Part shown: positions 26,586 through 45,478 of the stretch, piece by piece
How positions within the stretch are numbered: the stretch's first letter is position 1
Layout of the letters: the number at the start of each line of letters is the position of its first letter
Assembly (NCBI RefSeq): GCF_009914755.1
Contig: NC_060939.1
Source: the human T2T-CHM13v2.0 reference genome, Homo sapiens
Reading direction: 5' to 3' (one strand)
Length of the DNA stretch: 64,000 bases
Position numbers and translations under genes: made by a program
The notes under the pieces: model-generated
Told to the model about the DNA's origin: nothing
Database searches by the model: none
What the model saw: the letters and a program-made list of their open reading frames with translations, nothing else

Positions 26586-27420
26586 ATTTTCTTTTTTTAC
26601 CCATGCACTTGCCCAAGCCGACTTTCTGGCTCAAACCTTTCCCCTGGCCTTGCATCCTCTCTATCCATCTGCCCAAACCTCCCTCACTCTCCAAAGTCTC
26701 ATTTCAAGTGTTGCTTTTCCCTGAAGCTTCTCCTGGAATGACCCATCTCTCCCTCCTCATTCTGATCATTTCCTCTTTGAATTCCCATAGCATTAGGTAT
26801 GCCCTCCTCTTCCAGCACTGAATCCAGCCTTGCCTCGCATTAGAGTCATTTGTACACCTGACCTTAATCCCCCTGAGGGCAGGGATAGTTTGTGTTTATC
26901 CCAAAGTCCTGAAACAACTAGTACAGAACCTGAGACACAGGAAGGCCCCAGAATTGCCTGCTGAATAGAACAGTGATAGTGCTGAATTTGGTTCCTCCTT
27001 TAACCTGTGTGACCCCAGACGTTTGTTTTCTATGAAGCCTCAAAACATGGTTATGTTTCCTAATTTACAACTAACACATGGAAACCCATGTTTTGAAAAT
27101 GGGGGTGGGGAGGATGAACTGAAGGCAGCCTCTTCAGCCAAGTTCCAAAGGCCAGGTGGCCCACTGTGAACCTTGTTTAACCACACAGAACATATGAATA
27201 GCTACAACAAGGGATCTAACAGTTACCAGAATGTTTTCAGAAAGGTGACTTCAGAAGTGCCAAGCTTCAGGAAGACCTGGACTGAGAAGGGATCAGACAA
27301 CTTTAGGAAAGCAGGTACCAAACAGCCCTTTTACAGTTTACACACAGGCCTTGGTGTCAGAAAAATACTGGTTTGAGTACTGGTTATGCATCAGAGATGC
27401 CACTCTGGACAAGCTCCTTA

Positions 27421-27770
<350 letters not shown>

Positions 27771-28060
27771 CTACAGATAGTAAGCACTTGGTAAAAATGT
27801 AACTGCCATTAACAATAAATATGATGCTCACAGGGTCAGTGGAAAAAGTAGTGGAAAGTAGGAGTGGTGGGAACAGAATAGGAGGGAACAAAGCACCTCT
27901 GAGTAGACCTTTCTGTATAGCTCCGACTCATTATGTTTCACACTAATAATTCATTAAAACTAGGATAGGAAGGCTGAGGGTGTTTTTGGAATACAAACAC
28001 TAATGAACCAAACTGCATTATAAATAGTGGCCACACTGAAAGGGATGAAGAAGAAAATAA

Positions 28061-28667
<607 letters not shown>

Positions 28668-29974
28668 CTCCCCCTGCTTTACTTGTATTAACCAAATATT
28701 TATGAGTCTATCTATCAAGGGTTCAAATTATTTTACATGTAATCGCCAATCTCCAGAAAATAAATGGGACCACAACAAATTTACCCTAATTTCTGCAGCG
28801 AGCATAAATAATTGCTTTCAAGGGATGCTTGAATGAAATTACTATCCTGACTGTAGGGGCAGGGGCTTGGTGAAGATTTGTCCTTTGTGAGTAATGAGAA
28901 GAGTATACTTGGATATAAAAATAGTGAAGAAATAAGTAGTTTTTAAAAAAAACCCTAAATTCCATGTTTAGCAAAGTTAATGAGCCCTAAATTCCTAAAG
29001 CTGAGTATTAGTGTGTAAATGAGTACTCCAAACCAACAGAGAATAACCTTGTAATTCATGGATATTTAGCTAAAACTTCATATGTTCTTATCATTCTGTG
29101 TCTCCTAGTTTTAGTTCAAACAGATGTTTTCACTCTTAAAAGACTCAAAATTTCTGACAATGCCCTTTATTAATGTTACTTTTTGAGAAATCACTTATTA
29201 AGTAAAAATTAAATTTACATTTTTCAAAATTGCATGTTGGGTTAATTTACCAAATCTTTTATCTGTTTTGTGTTTCCAGTTAGCCATTTTTGTTTCTGAT
29301 TTGTAAATATTCAAAAATATTTGTTGAAATTACAAATTTTATTAATTGATTTTTGAGGGGAGTAGGGTGTGTTAGTTACTTTTCATTTAAATTCCGTGGT
29401 GTTTTTGCATATTCAAATTATTGTATTGTGAATAACCTGAAAGACAGTAGCTATATGATTGTTTGAGGTAATGGTAACAATACTCAAGGGTTGAAAAGAT
29501 ATGATTTTAAGTATGAGCTAAGGAGACTGCCCTTTATGTAACTACGGGATGATGTGAAAATCTGTTTTAACAGCATGATTAAATTTGGAATTCTTTTTTT
29601 TTGAAGTTTTGTAAAAGGGAGGCAGAAGTTTAAGGGAAAAAGTTGGCCAGGTAAACTTGGATAGTTTTAGATCTGTTAGTGACAGAATACTCAAGCTCTT
29701 GAAAATAGGAAAAGTTGTTCTTGCCATGTTAAAGGACAAGGGCTGCCATATGCTAATCACTGTATCTTTACTCAGATCCTATAAAATGATTTGTACAGAG
29801 AAGGGATTTAGTAAATCTTTACTAAATTAATGTTAGATGATGGAATGGATCATTGCGGCTGAAGGAGAGAGTAGTGAAAATGAGGATATTAGGAAAGGAA
29901 GGGGATGATTTGCTCAGATGTTGTTAAATTAGGTTTTGATAGAAAAAACCTGGAAGAAAAAAACCGACAACAGC

Positions 29975-30066
29975 CTGCATGACTTCTTAAAGCCCCCATC
30001 TCTTAATATTGTTTCAATGGCAATTACATTTCACATGAGTTTGAAGGGGACCTTAAAACCATAGCA
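29975..30066 (-). mobile_element. MaLR LTR fragment (MST/MLT1A-like)
   Basis: CCCATCTCTTAATATTG..AATGGCAATTACATTTCACATGAGTTT..AAACCATAGCA. Confidence 0.6.
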
Positions 30067-32379
30067 AAGAGCACATTATATTCGTTGTTTCTGTGTAGTG
30101 CTGCTTCTTTACCAGGCTAATAAATCCTGGTAGACATGCAAGAGCTTGCTCCTAATCCAAAATAAACAAAATGTGTTTTACTGAGAAAATTGCAGACATA
30201 TCAAAGGGTAGTTTGACAGCACGGGTACAGAATACTATCAAGACATTTTCTTCTGTTTTACATACATGGGTAATTCTTGCTTGAATGCAAGAGGGCTGAA
30301 TACCAGCCTTATTTAATATATTTTGTGTCAACTTCTGTATACAGATTTTTTTTTCTTGAGGTGAGAGAAGAGGAAAGAGGAGAACGTTAATTCCAGATAG
30401 CTTTAAGCAAATGTTAGAAAGGCGAACATTTATAGGTTTCCAAATATCTTTTGGCTAGCTGACATTTACAAACACGGAGCTAGGTAAGCTTTTCCCCCTA
30501 GCAATATTAAGGCTCTAGCAGCAAGTAAAGGATATGTGAAGTGAAATATGCCATTCAAACATAGTAAAGAAGAAGACTGTTTGTAACCACCGTTGGTGAA
30601 AATCACGAGAACCAAGTCTTTCTTGTTGTTTTAAACATCCTATAAAAGCATTGCAAAAGTTTATATTGCTGGTTAAAATATTTGGGACTATTTTGTCCAT
30701 TTCTACACCTTACTTTAAGGTCCAGGCATTTGTTGAGAGGGAAATTGCCTATTTAACTGAAGGAACAATATGTTTTAAATTACTGAGAGTACTCTGTTGA
30801 AACTTAATGAGAACAGAAAGCAGCGTTAATAAGAAAAATAGTATTTACAAAGATTGCTTAAGGATGCAAGCTGGGTACCAACTAATTGTAATTCTTTAAT
30901 TTCGGTATGCATGCAACATCTCATGTGTATGAAAACAAAATGTGTATTTCCAAGCAGTATGTTTTAGGATCAGAGAATTTCAACCAAATATTAAATTCTC
31001 AAATAGTATGCAAACAAGTGTCAATCATGGCTTTAACATGACAGCTGGAGGAAAAAATTTAAGCAACATGTGTAGATAATTGTGGTTAATGTTTATCTGT
31101 ACATAGGAAGATACTTCAGATGTGTAAGTATGCAAATAACTCTCGGATTTCTAATTACTGTATTTATCAAGTTCTATATGCTGTCTAAATTCAGAAATGA
31201 AAGCAATTTTAAAATAGCATGCATATTATAATTACAATATTAAATTGAGCTCAACTTTCCTAGCTATTCTCTGCCTTTCTGTCTGCCTCTGCCTATGTCT
31301 CTATCTCACACATGTATGTGTGTATGTGTATATATACCCTCACTTGTGAACATATATTCATAACCACATGTATAAACACACAGTATAAAAGGATATTAGG
31401 AAAGGAAGTGGATGATTTGCTCAGATTTTGTTAAATTAGGTTTTGATAGAACAAACCTGAAAAATACATTAAAACATATGAGGACATATACCAAAATATT
31501 ATCAGTAGTTAATTTTAAGACAAGCCTGATGGGTCATTTTAATTTTCTACTTTTTACCTGTCTGTTTTGATTGCAACTTTAAAAATAAGCCTGTGTTACT
31601 TTTTAAAGAGAAAGAGAGAGGGAGAGAGCAAGATTTGCCTGTTTTGGAAAATTGTTTTAAAGGAACACCACAGGAAATTAAGTCATTCTTAGGTGCCTGC
31701 CATTTATATCTAAAAATGGTTTTCAATAATGGGATAGCTCTAATATCAGTAGAGAGATCCATTATCACATGCAGATTTAACCTTGTTGTTGCAGGCCAGA
31801 AATATTTAAAACCATTTAACTGACTTGAAGAATTCTTCAATTTTTGAAAATATATTTAAAAAGAAAAACTTTCCAGTTAATTTTATGAAGTTAACAAAAT
31901 ATTGATTCTAAATGATATATTTATAAAATTTTATTTTGTAATTGGTTATTGGTAGTGTAAGGAAATAAAATAGACTTTTATGTGCTCATATTGTAACCAG
32001 TGATCCTGATAGCTATATTTAGTTATTCGTTCTAATATTTTATTTTAGATATTCTACATATACAATAATGTCCTTAGCAAATAATGACCTGTGTATTTCT
32101 TTCTTGCTAATTCTTACTTTTTTTTTCTTATTGAACTGACTAGGGAATTTTTTTTCTGATCCCATAAGGAAAGCTTTCCATATTTCCTTATTAATTATAA
32201 TATTTTTGTAAGATTTTATGATTATCTTTCACCAGATTAAATACATTCCATTCTATTGTTTGCAATATTAAAAAATATATTCTGCATCCATTGAGATGAG
32301 ATTTTCTTCCATATTTTTAATATAGTGATATTAAAATAATATTTTATTATTGAAACACAATTGGTTTTTACTTTACTGT

Positions 32380-34070
<1,691 letters not shown>

Positions 34071-34611
34071 ATAGTAGTTTCCTGTTCCTGATGTAACATC
34101 TTACTACAAAGTTATGCCTAAAAATATCACAGCTTTATCATCTTAATGTGTGCATGTGTGCGTGCGTGTGTGCGTGCGTGTGTGGATTCCTTAGGATTTC
34201 CTGTATGCATACATATTTTTCCATGTATATCTATATACAAATTCTTTATACCTCATGGCATCTCCATATAGAGATAGTTATATTTCTTTCTTTTTAATCT
34301 TCACCCCAGGCTACTATCCAATTGAATAAAAGGTGGTGCTACTATTGAACGTGCCATAGAATATTAACTTTGTAAACTGACTTGAAGTCTCCCTGGGTGA
34401 ATGCTAACCCTCTCATATATAATAATGGCTTCATTTACAAAATGTATAACATGATGACTACCAAATTATTTCTTCAGCCTTGACTTTTATCAAGAACTGC
34501 CAAATCTGAATCTAATTCCCATTTAGGATTGCCACAGGTATGTTCAAAATAGTACTTTCTTTTTCTCATAAGATTCTGCCTTATGTCTTGAATTTATACT
34601 CTAGGTAAATG

Positions 34612-35025
34612 TTGTAAGCAGAATAAAAACCCCCAAAGATGCTCACACTTTAATCCTTGAGACCTGAATATTCTGTATTACCTGACAAAAGAGACTTTGC
34701 AGTTAGAATTATGAATATTAAAATGAGGACCGTATATGAGTCCAATCTAATCACTATGAGCCCTTAAAAGCTGAGACCATGTGCAGTTGATTTCTGAGAG
34801 ACGGGGCAGGAGGGAAAGGCAGAGATATTTGAAATGTTCGTGCTGCTGGAAAGGCCCATGAAAAAAGCATAAGAAGGAACAGGGACAGTCTCTAGGAGGA
34901 AAGGCTGGTCCCAGCTGACGGCCAGCAAGGAAATGGGGACTGCAATAATACCCACTCAAGGAACTAAGTGTGTATAACAATCTGAACACACGTGGAAGCA
35001 GACCTTTCCTCAGAGCCTACAATAA
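34612..35025 (+). mobile_element. MLT1D/E-like LTR
   Basis: TGTAAGCAGAAT..CCCCCAAAGATG..CTTTGCAG..GCCAGCAAGGAAATGGGGAC. Confidence 0.65.
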
Positions 35026-35040
35026 AAAATGCAAGAGTGT

Positions 35041-35366
<326 letters not shown>

Positions 35367-35992
35367 TTACTACCTGAATACAACACACTTTTCAAGCTAT
35401 ATAAACTTCATGCTTTCCTCGTTTTATAAAAGTCATCTCCTCTGCCTTGAAAACTCTCCCCATTGTTATTAATCTGCCTGAAAATTTATCTTCATCCTCA
35501 AGTGTCTACGCAAATGGTCTGTTAAATGAGTTCTTCCCAGATGATCCCAGATAATGAGTACCACTTTTTAAAATTAGATTTCTAGATACTTTCATTATTG
35601 TAATCCACTTTTATAGGAAATTTTTGTTGTTGTGTATCTCCTTACTAAAGGAACTTTTTTTTGTTTTTGAATCTGCATCAATTGTTGAACACATATAGAA
35701 TATATTAAATACATACAAGCTAATGAAGTAACACATGAATGCATCTCAGACCACTGATCCTAAAACAACCATTTTTTTCTTTCATTCTGTCAAATACTTT
35801 TTCTCTAATATCCTATACTTTTGTTACTATTCATGGATTTTATCTATTTATAGTTATTTTCTTACTGATATGCAAGAATTTTCTATGTATAGTGTATCAC
35901 ATATCTTGCAAAATTTTGTTTGGTTTGCATAATATCTTTTTATTTTATTGTGAATGACATTATAGAACTTTACAGATGAAATAAAGTCTGTC

Positions 35993-36574
<582 letters not shown>

Positions 36575-36969
36575 GGCATTTATATGTCCATTCTTCCACT
36601 TATGCAGCCCTACTTAATTATTGTCATTACAAAATGATGCTTATCCTTCTGCTAAATTTCTCTGAGTATTTCTAATATTTATGCTGACAGATAAAATTGA
36701 ATTATTTTTAATCAAAGTCCAAAAATACATCATTAAATTTATATTTTTTTCAAAAGAAAAGACAAAAAAAATTTTTAATTTATCCAATGCTCCTTTTAAA
36801 TCCCTAATGGAAAAATACGTTTTATTCATTCATTATATATAATGAATTCATTTTATTGAATGATTAATAAAGTGATTTTATTAATGAATGAATAAAATGT
36901 ATATAAAATGAATGAATAAAATGTATATATAAATATATTTATATTTATTTTTAAAGAATTTTTGGCTAA

Positions 36970-37571
<602 letters not shown>

Positions 37572-38445
37572 AAGAGTTAATGTTACTTTTAAAATAAATC
37601 AAAAGAGCAAAACTTATCTGACAGCAATTGACAAAAGAAAACAGCAGTCTACTATTAAACATAATAAAATTTAAGGCAAAATTATTTTATTTGGGATTTT
37701 GGATTTCCTTGTGTTTTCTCTTCTTACTTAAACCTGCTTCCTTTCTATGCCTGCATTTCTCACCATCACTTTTCCCACTACAAGCTTACTGCTCCAGTTT
37801 TTTAAAAAGTCATGGCTCTTCTGTCTTTTTTAGTGTAAAAAGGGGAAATTTTCTAATTTTCAGATTTCTTGTGTTACATTCTTTTCATAAGTACATTCTT
37901 TTTGAATCCTAAATATTTCGTTGTTAGATGATTGTTCAACATCAGTTTGCTCATTCATGACTATAGAAAGATGTAGATTTAAGCCCTGGTTTTTGCAACA
38001 GAAAAGCCAGATGGCCCACAGCTTATCCCAGTTTCTACTTGAACACAATAAGCTTTCTTTTTCTCTCAACTTTATCCAGGAAGAACCATTTTATATACAG
38101 ATTTCTGATCCAGTCTCCAGGGTTTCCAAGGCATTAATCAAGCATGGCTTTACTGGACAAATGTAGGGCCTTCTGTGTCTTTAATACTGGACTTTCTATG
38201 CCAGACAGTATCTTTGTTCTAGTTCTTCTTTGCACTGTTCATATCTCACTGGTTTAGATATAATTGCCTGCTGCAGGGTGGTGACTTCCCTCCGTGAATC
38301 TTCCTCAGTTTCATTATTGATGGTATACCATGTACGTGAGACAAAGATTTCTTTACTCTTCTTGAGGTCTCTCTATGCTGTTTGGTTCAGATAATATGGA
38401 GTTACCCATTGTAAACTCATTTACAGTGAAGTCAGTTGCAGCACT

Positions 38446-38690
38446 GATCTAGTTTGGCTGTGTCCCCACCCTAATCACATCTTGAATTGTAGTTACCGTA
38501 ATCCCCATGTGTCGTGGGAGGGACCCAGTGGGAGGTAACTGAATCATGGGGGCTGTTACCCCCATGCTGCTGCTCTCGTGATAGTGAGTTCTCGTGAGAT
38601 CTGATGGTTTTATATGGGTCTTTTCTCTCTTTGCTCTGTATTTCTCCTTCTGCCATCATGTGAAGAAGGATGTTGTTTGCTTCCCCTTCT
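38446..38690 (+). mobile_element. THE1/MST LTR, 3'-truncated
   Basis: TGAT..GTTTGGCTGTGTCCCCACCC..GAATCATGGGG..GATAGTGAGTTCTC..GATCTGATGGTTTTATA. Confidence 0.85.
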
Positions 38691-40606
38691 GTTCCCCTTT
38701 TTTCCTGTATTTATTGATTCGAGTGTCATTCAGTTCAACATAAATTTTGTGAACAGCTGGTGTATGGTCAGCCCAAGGCTAAAACATTGTAAATGAATAC
38801 ATGGAGGACAGAAGTTTTGTGAACAGTGGGAGCAGAAGGCAAATCGCTGTAGACAGAGGAGAGAGCAAGAATGGACAACTTGCAAGAAGTTGAGCTATGT
38901 AGACAATGGGGTAAGAAAGCCAGGGGTGTTAGAGGAAGAGAAGTGAAAGTCGGATACCATAGCTTATAATGAGAACAGGAATTGGTAAAAATGTCAAGAC
39001 AGGAGAAATCATATATGTTTAGAGGTTTAGTAGAGGAGCCATTTGACTTCTCTGTTCTTTTTGAGAAAGACGTGAATTGACAGAGATATAGGGAAAGTGT
39101 ATTTGAAGTACAAGCAACAGCATGTATCTGGAAAACCAAAACACGGAGGGCATAAGTATGGGGGAACTGTGAATATTCCAACTTTGGCCACAACATTGGG
39201 TAGATATCATAGTTGCCCAGTAATGAAAACTTGTCTGAAAATGTATGTTTATGTCACACTGTGATAAAGAAGTATGTAATTAATTGGTTTATTTTAATCC
39301 CAATTATTGATTTTCCTGAATTATTGAGTATCACGAGACAATGGCCCATCTTAAGAAGTTCTAAGGAAGGTAGACTAATATGCAGGAAGGTATTTGTAAC
39401 CCTCGAAACCCATTGGAGACACCTCACTAATGTATGGTAACCAGAATAATAGGAGGGTAGGAACTACGCCAATAATCAAAGTGATCCCTCCGCACGCCAC
39501 TACCTAACTTCTTCAGCTTTGCTTAAACTCTGCCATCTGCTTGTGTGGCAGCAACGTCCTCCTAATAGTGTATGTTTACACTGAGTATTGGCACATAGTT
39601 TCTGCATCGTATAGAATTAAATTTCCTGTTTATTTTTTATTTTTGCTTTGTATTGTGTTGTACTTCGGTTCACTTATTTGTGTTTAGTCCAGATCATGAT
39701 TCTAACAGGTTATAAAAATTTTGTGCATATGCCTCTTTTGAAATTTGTTTCTTGTTTGTATATCCACAGAATCCTTGAAAGATTCCTTTACCCAATGCCA
39801 AAAGAAATCCACTTAATACATTCCGCTGAGGCCTTTATATTAGTACACGTTAACTTTAAGTGGGAATATGCCACCGTGTGACATACTTTATGTGACAAGA
39901 AAAATGTTCTTAGATAAGATTCTCATCTCAAGCAAACTTTATACTGGAGACATTGCTTGCAATATCAGACTTCACTATTTTCAGCTCACAGTTTACTAAA
40001 GAGGATAATTGGAGAGGCATTCTAACATTAGTGGAGAAAAAGGCACTTGATGTTCATGACACTTGATAACAGAACCTCTGTATTTCTTAGTCTCTAGCAC
40101 CATTTCATAGAATGAACTAAGTTATCAGAGGAGAGGAGATACACATTCGACCCAATTCTAAAAATTTAATATAATCAATATTTACTTATAAGGTACATTA
40201 ATTATATTAATACATGTCAAGTCTCAAGATAAATTCTGAATAAAAATTTTTCAGTTAAATGTTGCAAATAATTTTTATCATTCAATTTTAAATACACAGA
40301 TTATCTGTGTAACATATTAAAATGTATGTCATATAATGACAAAGGATTTCTCTATTGGAACATCTTTTATTTCACTGGCTTATTATTTCTGGTTGGTAAG
40401 TTTAAAAGACTACAATCTTTAATTTTATTTAGTTAAATGATTTGTTGTATTTTAAAATCAGTAGATAGTATATGTATCATCTTAGTCTTAATTTATAAAT
40501 ATATGACATTTCAATAAAATTCTTGAAGCCAATCAATAAAATTGATTAAGCTTTAAATTCTAGGCTATCTGAGTCTAATTGATTATATTTCTTTATGATT
40601 CTTTAA

Positions 40607-40952
<346 letters not shown>

Positions 40953-41243
40953 TCAAGATGCCAATTTTCTAAAGTGAGAAAAATTAATTTTAAAAATTAA
41001 ATCGTATGTCCAATATCTATGTGAGATCAGATAAACCCTGTGTCTTAGATAGGGAAAGGTTTGAAAGTATAATTTTTATAGTTTCTTATTTATCTATCTT
41101 TTCCTATATGATTGTTGTTGAAATATCTTAAATTTATTTCACATTAAAATTGTCAAATATGTGAATTCATGAGCCACCTGTTGAAGACCACTGAAAGAAT
41201 ATAAATAAATAAAATTGGTAACTCATTGTTTTTCAATAACTTG

Positions 41244-42020
41244 TGAAGACTAAGCTCTGATTTTTTTATTTTGCCCAAATTCCTATCTAAGGGGTCTGGG
41301 GAGTCATCCCCTACTAACCATAAATTCTCATCAGATGGATTTTATTTAACCCTATATATCATGGCTTACTTTGCAATCTGACTCTGGCATAACATTATGT
41401 GACAAAGAAGAAAGTAAAAAAAATTTTATCCCAAAAGCAAGTTTCTTTGCCATATTTTGAAATGGTCCTGCAAAACTGCCCTTTGTTGGGGGACATATGC
41501 ATCTGTAAAGAATCTCTATTGACATAACTAGATCTTTTCCTTCCAAGCCCTCCCAATCCTGAAGAAATTAGTAAAAGTCAAGCACCTTTTAAAGGTCTGA
41601 ATAGGAAATATTTGTCATCTATTATCTCTAAGGGCAGCCACTATAAGACTTCAGAAGAACCTTGGTATCCACAATCTTTTAGCTTAACCTGAACATATCC
41701 TTTCCTTTGATCCCAGGTTTTTAGACAAACTCAACCAATTGTCAATTGGAAAATGTTTAAATTTACCTATAGCCTGAAAGCCCCCCCCAACCCCTGCTTT
41801 AAATTGTTCCGCCTTTCTGAACCAAACCAATGTGTTTCTTAAATGTATTTGATTGATGTCTCATGTCTCCCTAAAATGTATAAAACTAACCTGCACCCTG
41901 ACCACCTTGGGCACGTGTTCTCAGGATCTCCTTAGGGCTGTGTCATGTGCCATGGTCACTCATATTTGGCTCAGAATAAGTCTCTTAAAATATTTTACCG
42001 AGTTTGACTCTTCATCGACA
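41244..42020 (+). mobile_element. Solo ERV1 LTR, MER4 group (~777 bp), TSD CTTG
   Basis: TG...CA ends; GGCTCAGAATAA..AAATATTTTAC.GAGTTTGACTCTT..TCGACA terminus; 4-bp TSD. Confidence 0.85.
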
Positions 42021-42619
42021 CTTGTTTTATTGAACAAACTGGATTTCCATTGTTAATATTACCCTAATAATGTAAAGAGCAGTGAAGTAACAGACTTTTT
42101 GTCAGCCTTTTACTTACAGAATAGATGACCCCATGATCTGAGCCCTAATTCCTAAGAGGGGATGCTTTGGAATGAGCAAATCAAGAGGTGCCTTGAACTG
42201 GAGATTGGTCCTGCTTCATGGTAGCATTTTCCCAGAAAACATGTCTCCATAATAAAAAAGAGTGACTGAATGGCAGATGAAGATATCCAGTTATAAAGCC
42301 AAGAGATAAGCCACCCATTCCAGAATTGCTACTTCCTCCTTTATCTGCAATGATCAAGTGGCAACTGTGACAGTGTCAACAGGTTGTACAGTGCACAAAA
42401 GGGATGTTCTGGCTGAGAACAGAAAGTGTGCAAATGATAAGAGAGCAAAAGGAAGAAGTCCTAAATTGAGGAGAAACTGTCCTTTAGGGACAGGAAAAGG
42501 AAAATGAGCAAGAAGAATAAAAGATTTTAAAAAGAAATGAAGCTGGAAATCTATCATCATCGCCTAATCCCTAAATACCCCGCAGAGGTTAGAAGAATGC
42601 CAAGCATTCCTGAAGTTGA

Positions 42620-42780
42620 TAGACACAGATATAGATAGGTAGGTAGATACATAGAGATAGATTAATAGATAGGCAGATACATACATACATTCATGCATAC
42701 ATAGGTAGCTACATAGACACATAGATGTATTGAATTGTACACATACACGTGTATATATCATATATACCTATGTATGAGAG
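42620..42780. repeat. (TAGA/TACA) simple repeat
   Basis: Read directly. Confidence 0.75.
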
Positions 42781-43730
42781 AGACAAATGAGATATTAAAT
42801 TATAATTAGCTAAAGACCATTTACAATACCCTATACAAAGAGAAATATCTAAAGTGTTTTTGGATAATTAATTCCATATTCTTTAGCAACTCATCCAATT
42901 TCCCACTGGCAGAGATTCAGGGCAAAGACATTTCAAGCCATTTTACAATGAGTCTCAAAAAGCAGTAAAATACCTTTATTCTGAGCACCATTTTAAACTT
43001 TTTAGCAAGTTGATGCTACTGCGACTCTTATTCCTGTCACCAGAGAAGCAATTCAGAAGAATTGTTAATATTTCAGAAGTTGCTTAAACTTCCTGTAAAG
43101 TGATAGGCCTGACCTCCTGGGGTTAATGTGAGCATCATAACAGTTAACACACGTAAATGCTTGACATAAGATAAATGCTATGTAAGTGTTAGCCATGATT
43201 AGTATTTTCATCACTCAAAAATGCGTCTTTTCCGTCTCATACCATATTTCCCTAAAGTGCCCTGCCGTTTCTTTATCTTTAACCATACTTCCCACTCTTG
43301 CTCCAATATTTCTCTCTTTTATATTTTTATTCCTTCATATACTGCTTCCAATACCTTCCTACTCAAACAGAAAGCTGCCTCTGTCCTTTAAGAATACCCA
43401 CTAGTAGTCCCTAGAAAGATTATTCTTCAGACACTTACCATAAGGTGGGGTGGGGTTAGCATTCACCTTTTTTCATGCTGCCATTTTTAAAACTACACTA
43501 TCTTAGTCTCCTTATGTTCAGGATAACACCATTCATAATCTACCCCTTCTTCATTGGGCCTCATGCCATCATGTCCACATTTTTGGAATACACAAACACC
43601 TGTCATTTTCCTTGAGACCTCAGAGCCCTGTGCAGGTGTCATCCAGTTACCCGGCCTCACTCTTTCGTAACTGGTGCACCAATGACTACCATCATCATTT
43701 ATGCATTTCTCACCTTAATTAATGGGGAGG

Positions 43731-44029
43731 GGCCGGGCACGGTGGCTCACGCCTGTAATCCCAGCACTCTGGGAGGCCAAGGCGGGCGGATCACGAGGTC
43801 AGGAGATCGAGACCATCCTGGCTTACACGGTGAAACCCTGTCTCTACTAAAAATACAAAAAATTAGCCGGGCGTGGTGGCGGGCGCCTGTAGTCCCAGCT
43901 ACTCAGGAGACTGAGGCAGGACAATGGCGTGAACCCAGGTGGTGGAGCTTGCAGTGAGCCAGGATGGTGCCACTGCACTCCAGCCTGGGCAATAGAGCAA
44001 GACTCCGTCTCAAAAAAAAAAAAAAAAAA
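43731..44029 (+). mobile_element. AluY
   Basis: Consensus match; AATTAA.GGGGAG flanks. Confidence 0.9.
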
Positions 44030-45478
44030 TTAAGGGGGAGCTTGCCTGAAGGAAATCATTTCCTAGTACTGAATTATGACATAAGTGCATTTGCTGAGAC
44101 ATTTTATATATATGGGCCATTGAATTATGATACTCTTCAACAATATTTTTGTATTAGGCAACAAAATGGATTTCATATGACTATTTGTTGTATTGTTCTT
44201 TTATTAAAAGGAGTAGAGCATGGCCCGAAAACTTAATTCAAGGAAAGAAACTGTTGGAGACTAAGGCAGTGTAGTTCAAGTTTGTAGCCTCCTGGTGATT
44301 TGATTTGACCAAGGCTAAAATTTATAATACCCAGAGGAGTGACAGCCTTCAAATGATTTTCTGTAAGTATTAAAGTTGAGGTGTTTATTAAATGTCCACT
44401 TCTGTTTGGTAACACTTTAAGATTTTCTAGTTATTTTGAAGACTCATAAAATTCTAAAAAAAAAACAAAATCCTTAGTAAAAAATAGTTTCCTCAAAATA
44501 AATACATTGCTCACAATTTTAATGATTCAGCATTAAAGCTAACAAGGAAAGGGGTATTATCTGTCTTAAACTATTTGTAATTGATAAATAAGAGGTTAAA
44601 TTTTTCCCTACAGAGTTTTACTATTGAGCCATTATTCAATTATGAGAAAGAGTAAACTGAAATATTTGCCAAGTACTTATGATATAACAAATATAGTGCC
44701 AGGTTGTTTTACATATTGTATATCACTAAATGTCAGAATTAAACTTCTGAAAATCAAAGCTGGCTAAAAGTAGGTATTTAACTTTTGTGGACTTGTTGAA
44801 ACCCAATACAGAGATGTGTCTACTTGGGATCATGAAATCAAATATTCAGAAGAAATATATTTTTCATGCATATTCTGAAATCAGTGGCTGAAACCACAAG
44901 ACATAAGTGAACAGAGCTTATAAATATTGATTTATTGAGTTTATTCCCTTAGGTTCATATCACGGAGATGCTTAAAATACTTAAGCTAGAGTTATATTTA
45001 AAGTACTGCTATGTACAGATGTAATACAACTTATTTTACAGAGCTTCCCTTTGCGGGGCAAGAATTATTAATGTATGTGGTTATCCTGAGCTCCCTCTTT
45101 CTGTTTGCTAATGGGGATTCTGGCTTTGTCTGCTCAATTTCTTCCCCATTGCTCTTCTCTGAAAAGGCACTGCTGGTGGCTGACAGTGATATTCTCTTTC
45201 GTATCTCCACATCAGTACAATGATAAGAGGAAACTGGAACAAAAAGGCAGGAGGGGTGGTAGGTAAAGATTGAGAACATGCATTTGAGTAAGGCCTAGGT
45301 GAGCTTTCTTCCAGAAAAGAAAAAATATATACATAGTCAGGAGGCAATGACAAATTTTAACCAGAAGGATTTAAAGAAAGAGAGATATGGATAAAACGAT
45401 ATAAAGATGTGTGCATTATATTTTATGTCTTATTCAGATATTACCAAAATACAAATACACTCGAGGTATTTTTACATT

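Noticed and set aside
31408-31462. Possible box C/D snoRNA (ATGATT...CTGA), considered because of the likely 15q11 location
   Set aside because: The C box mismatches RUGAUGA, it is too short, there is no terminal stem, and the other copy lacks CTGA.
36884-36930. Short tandem duplications here and at ~49452-49488
   Set aside because: Ordinary slippage in AT-rich DNA.
39528-39545. CTCF-like motif (ACAAGCAGATGGCAG, minus strand)
   Set aside because: Mismatch at a core position; cannot be supported without ChIP data.
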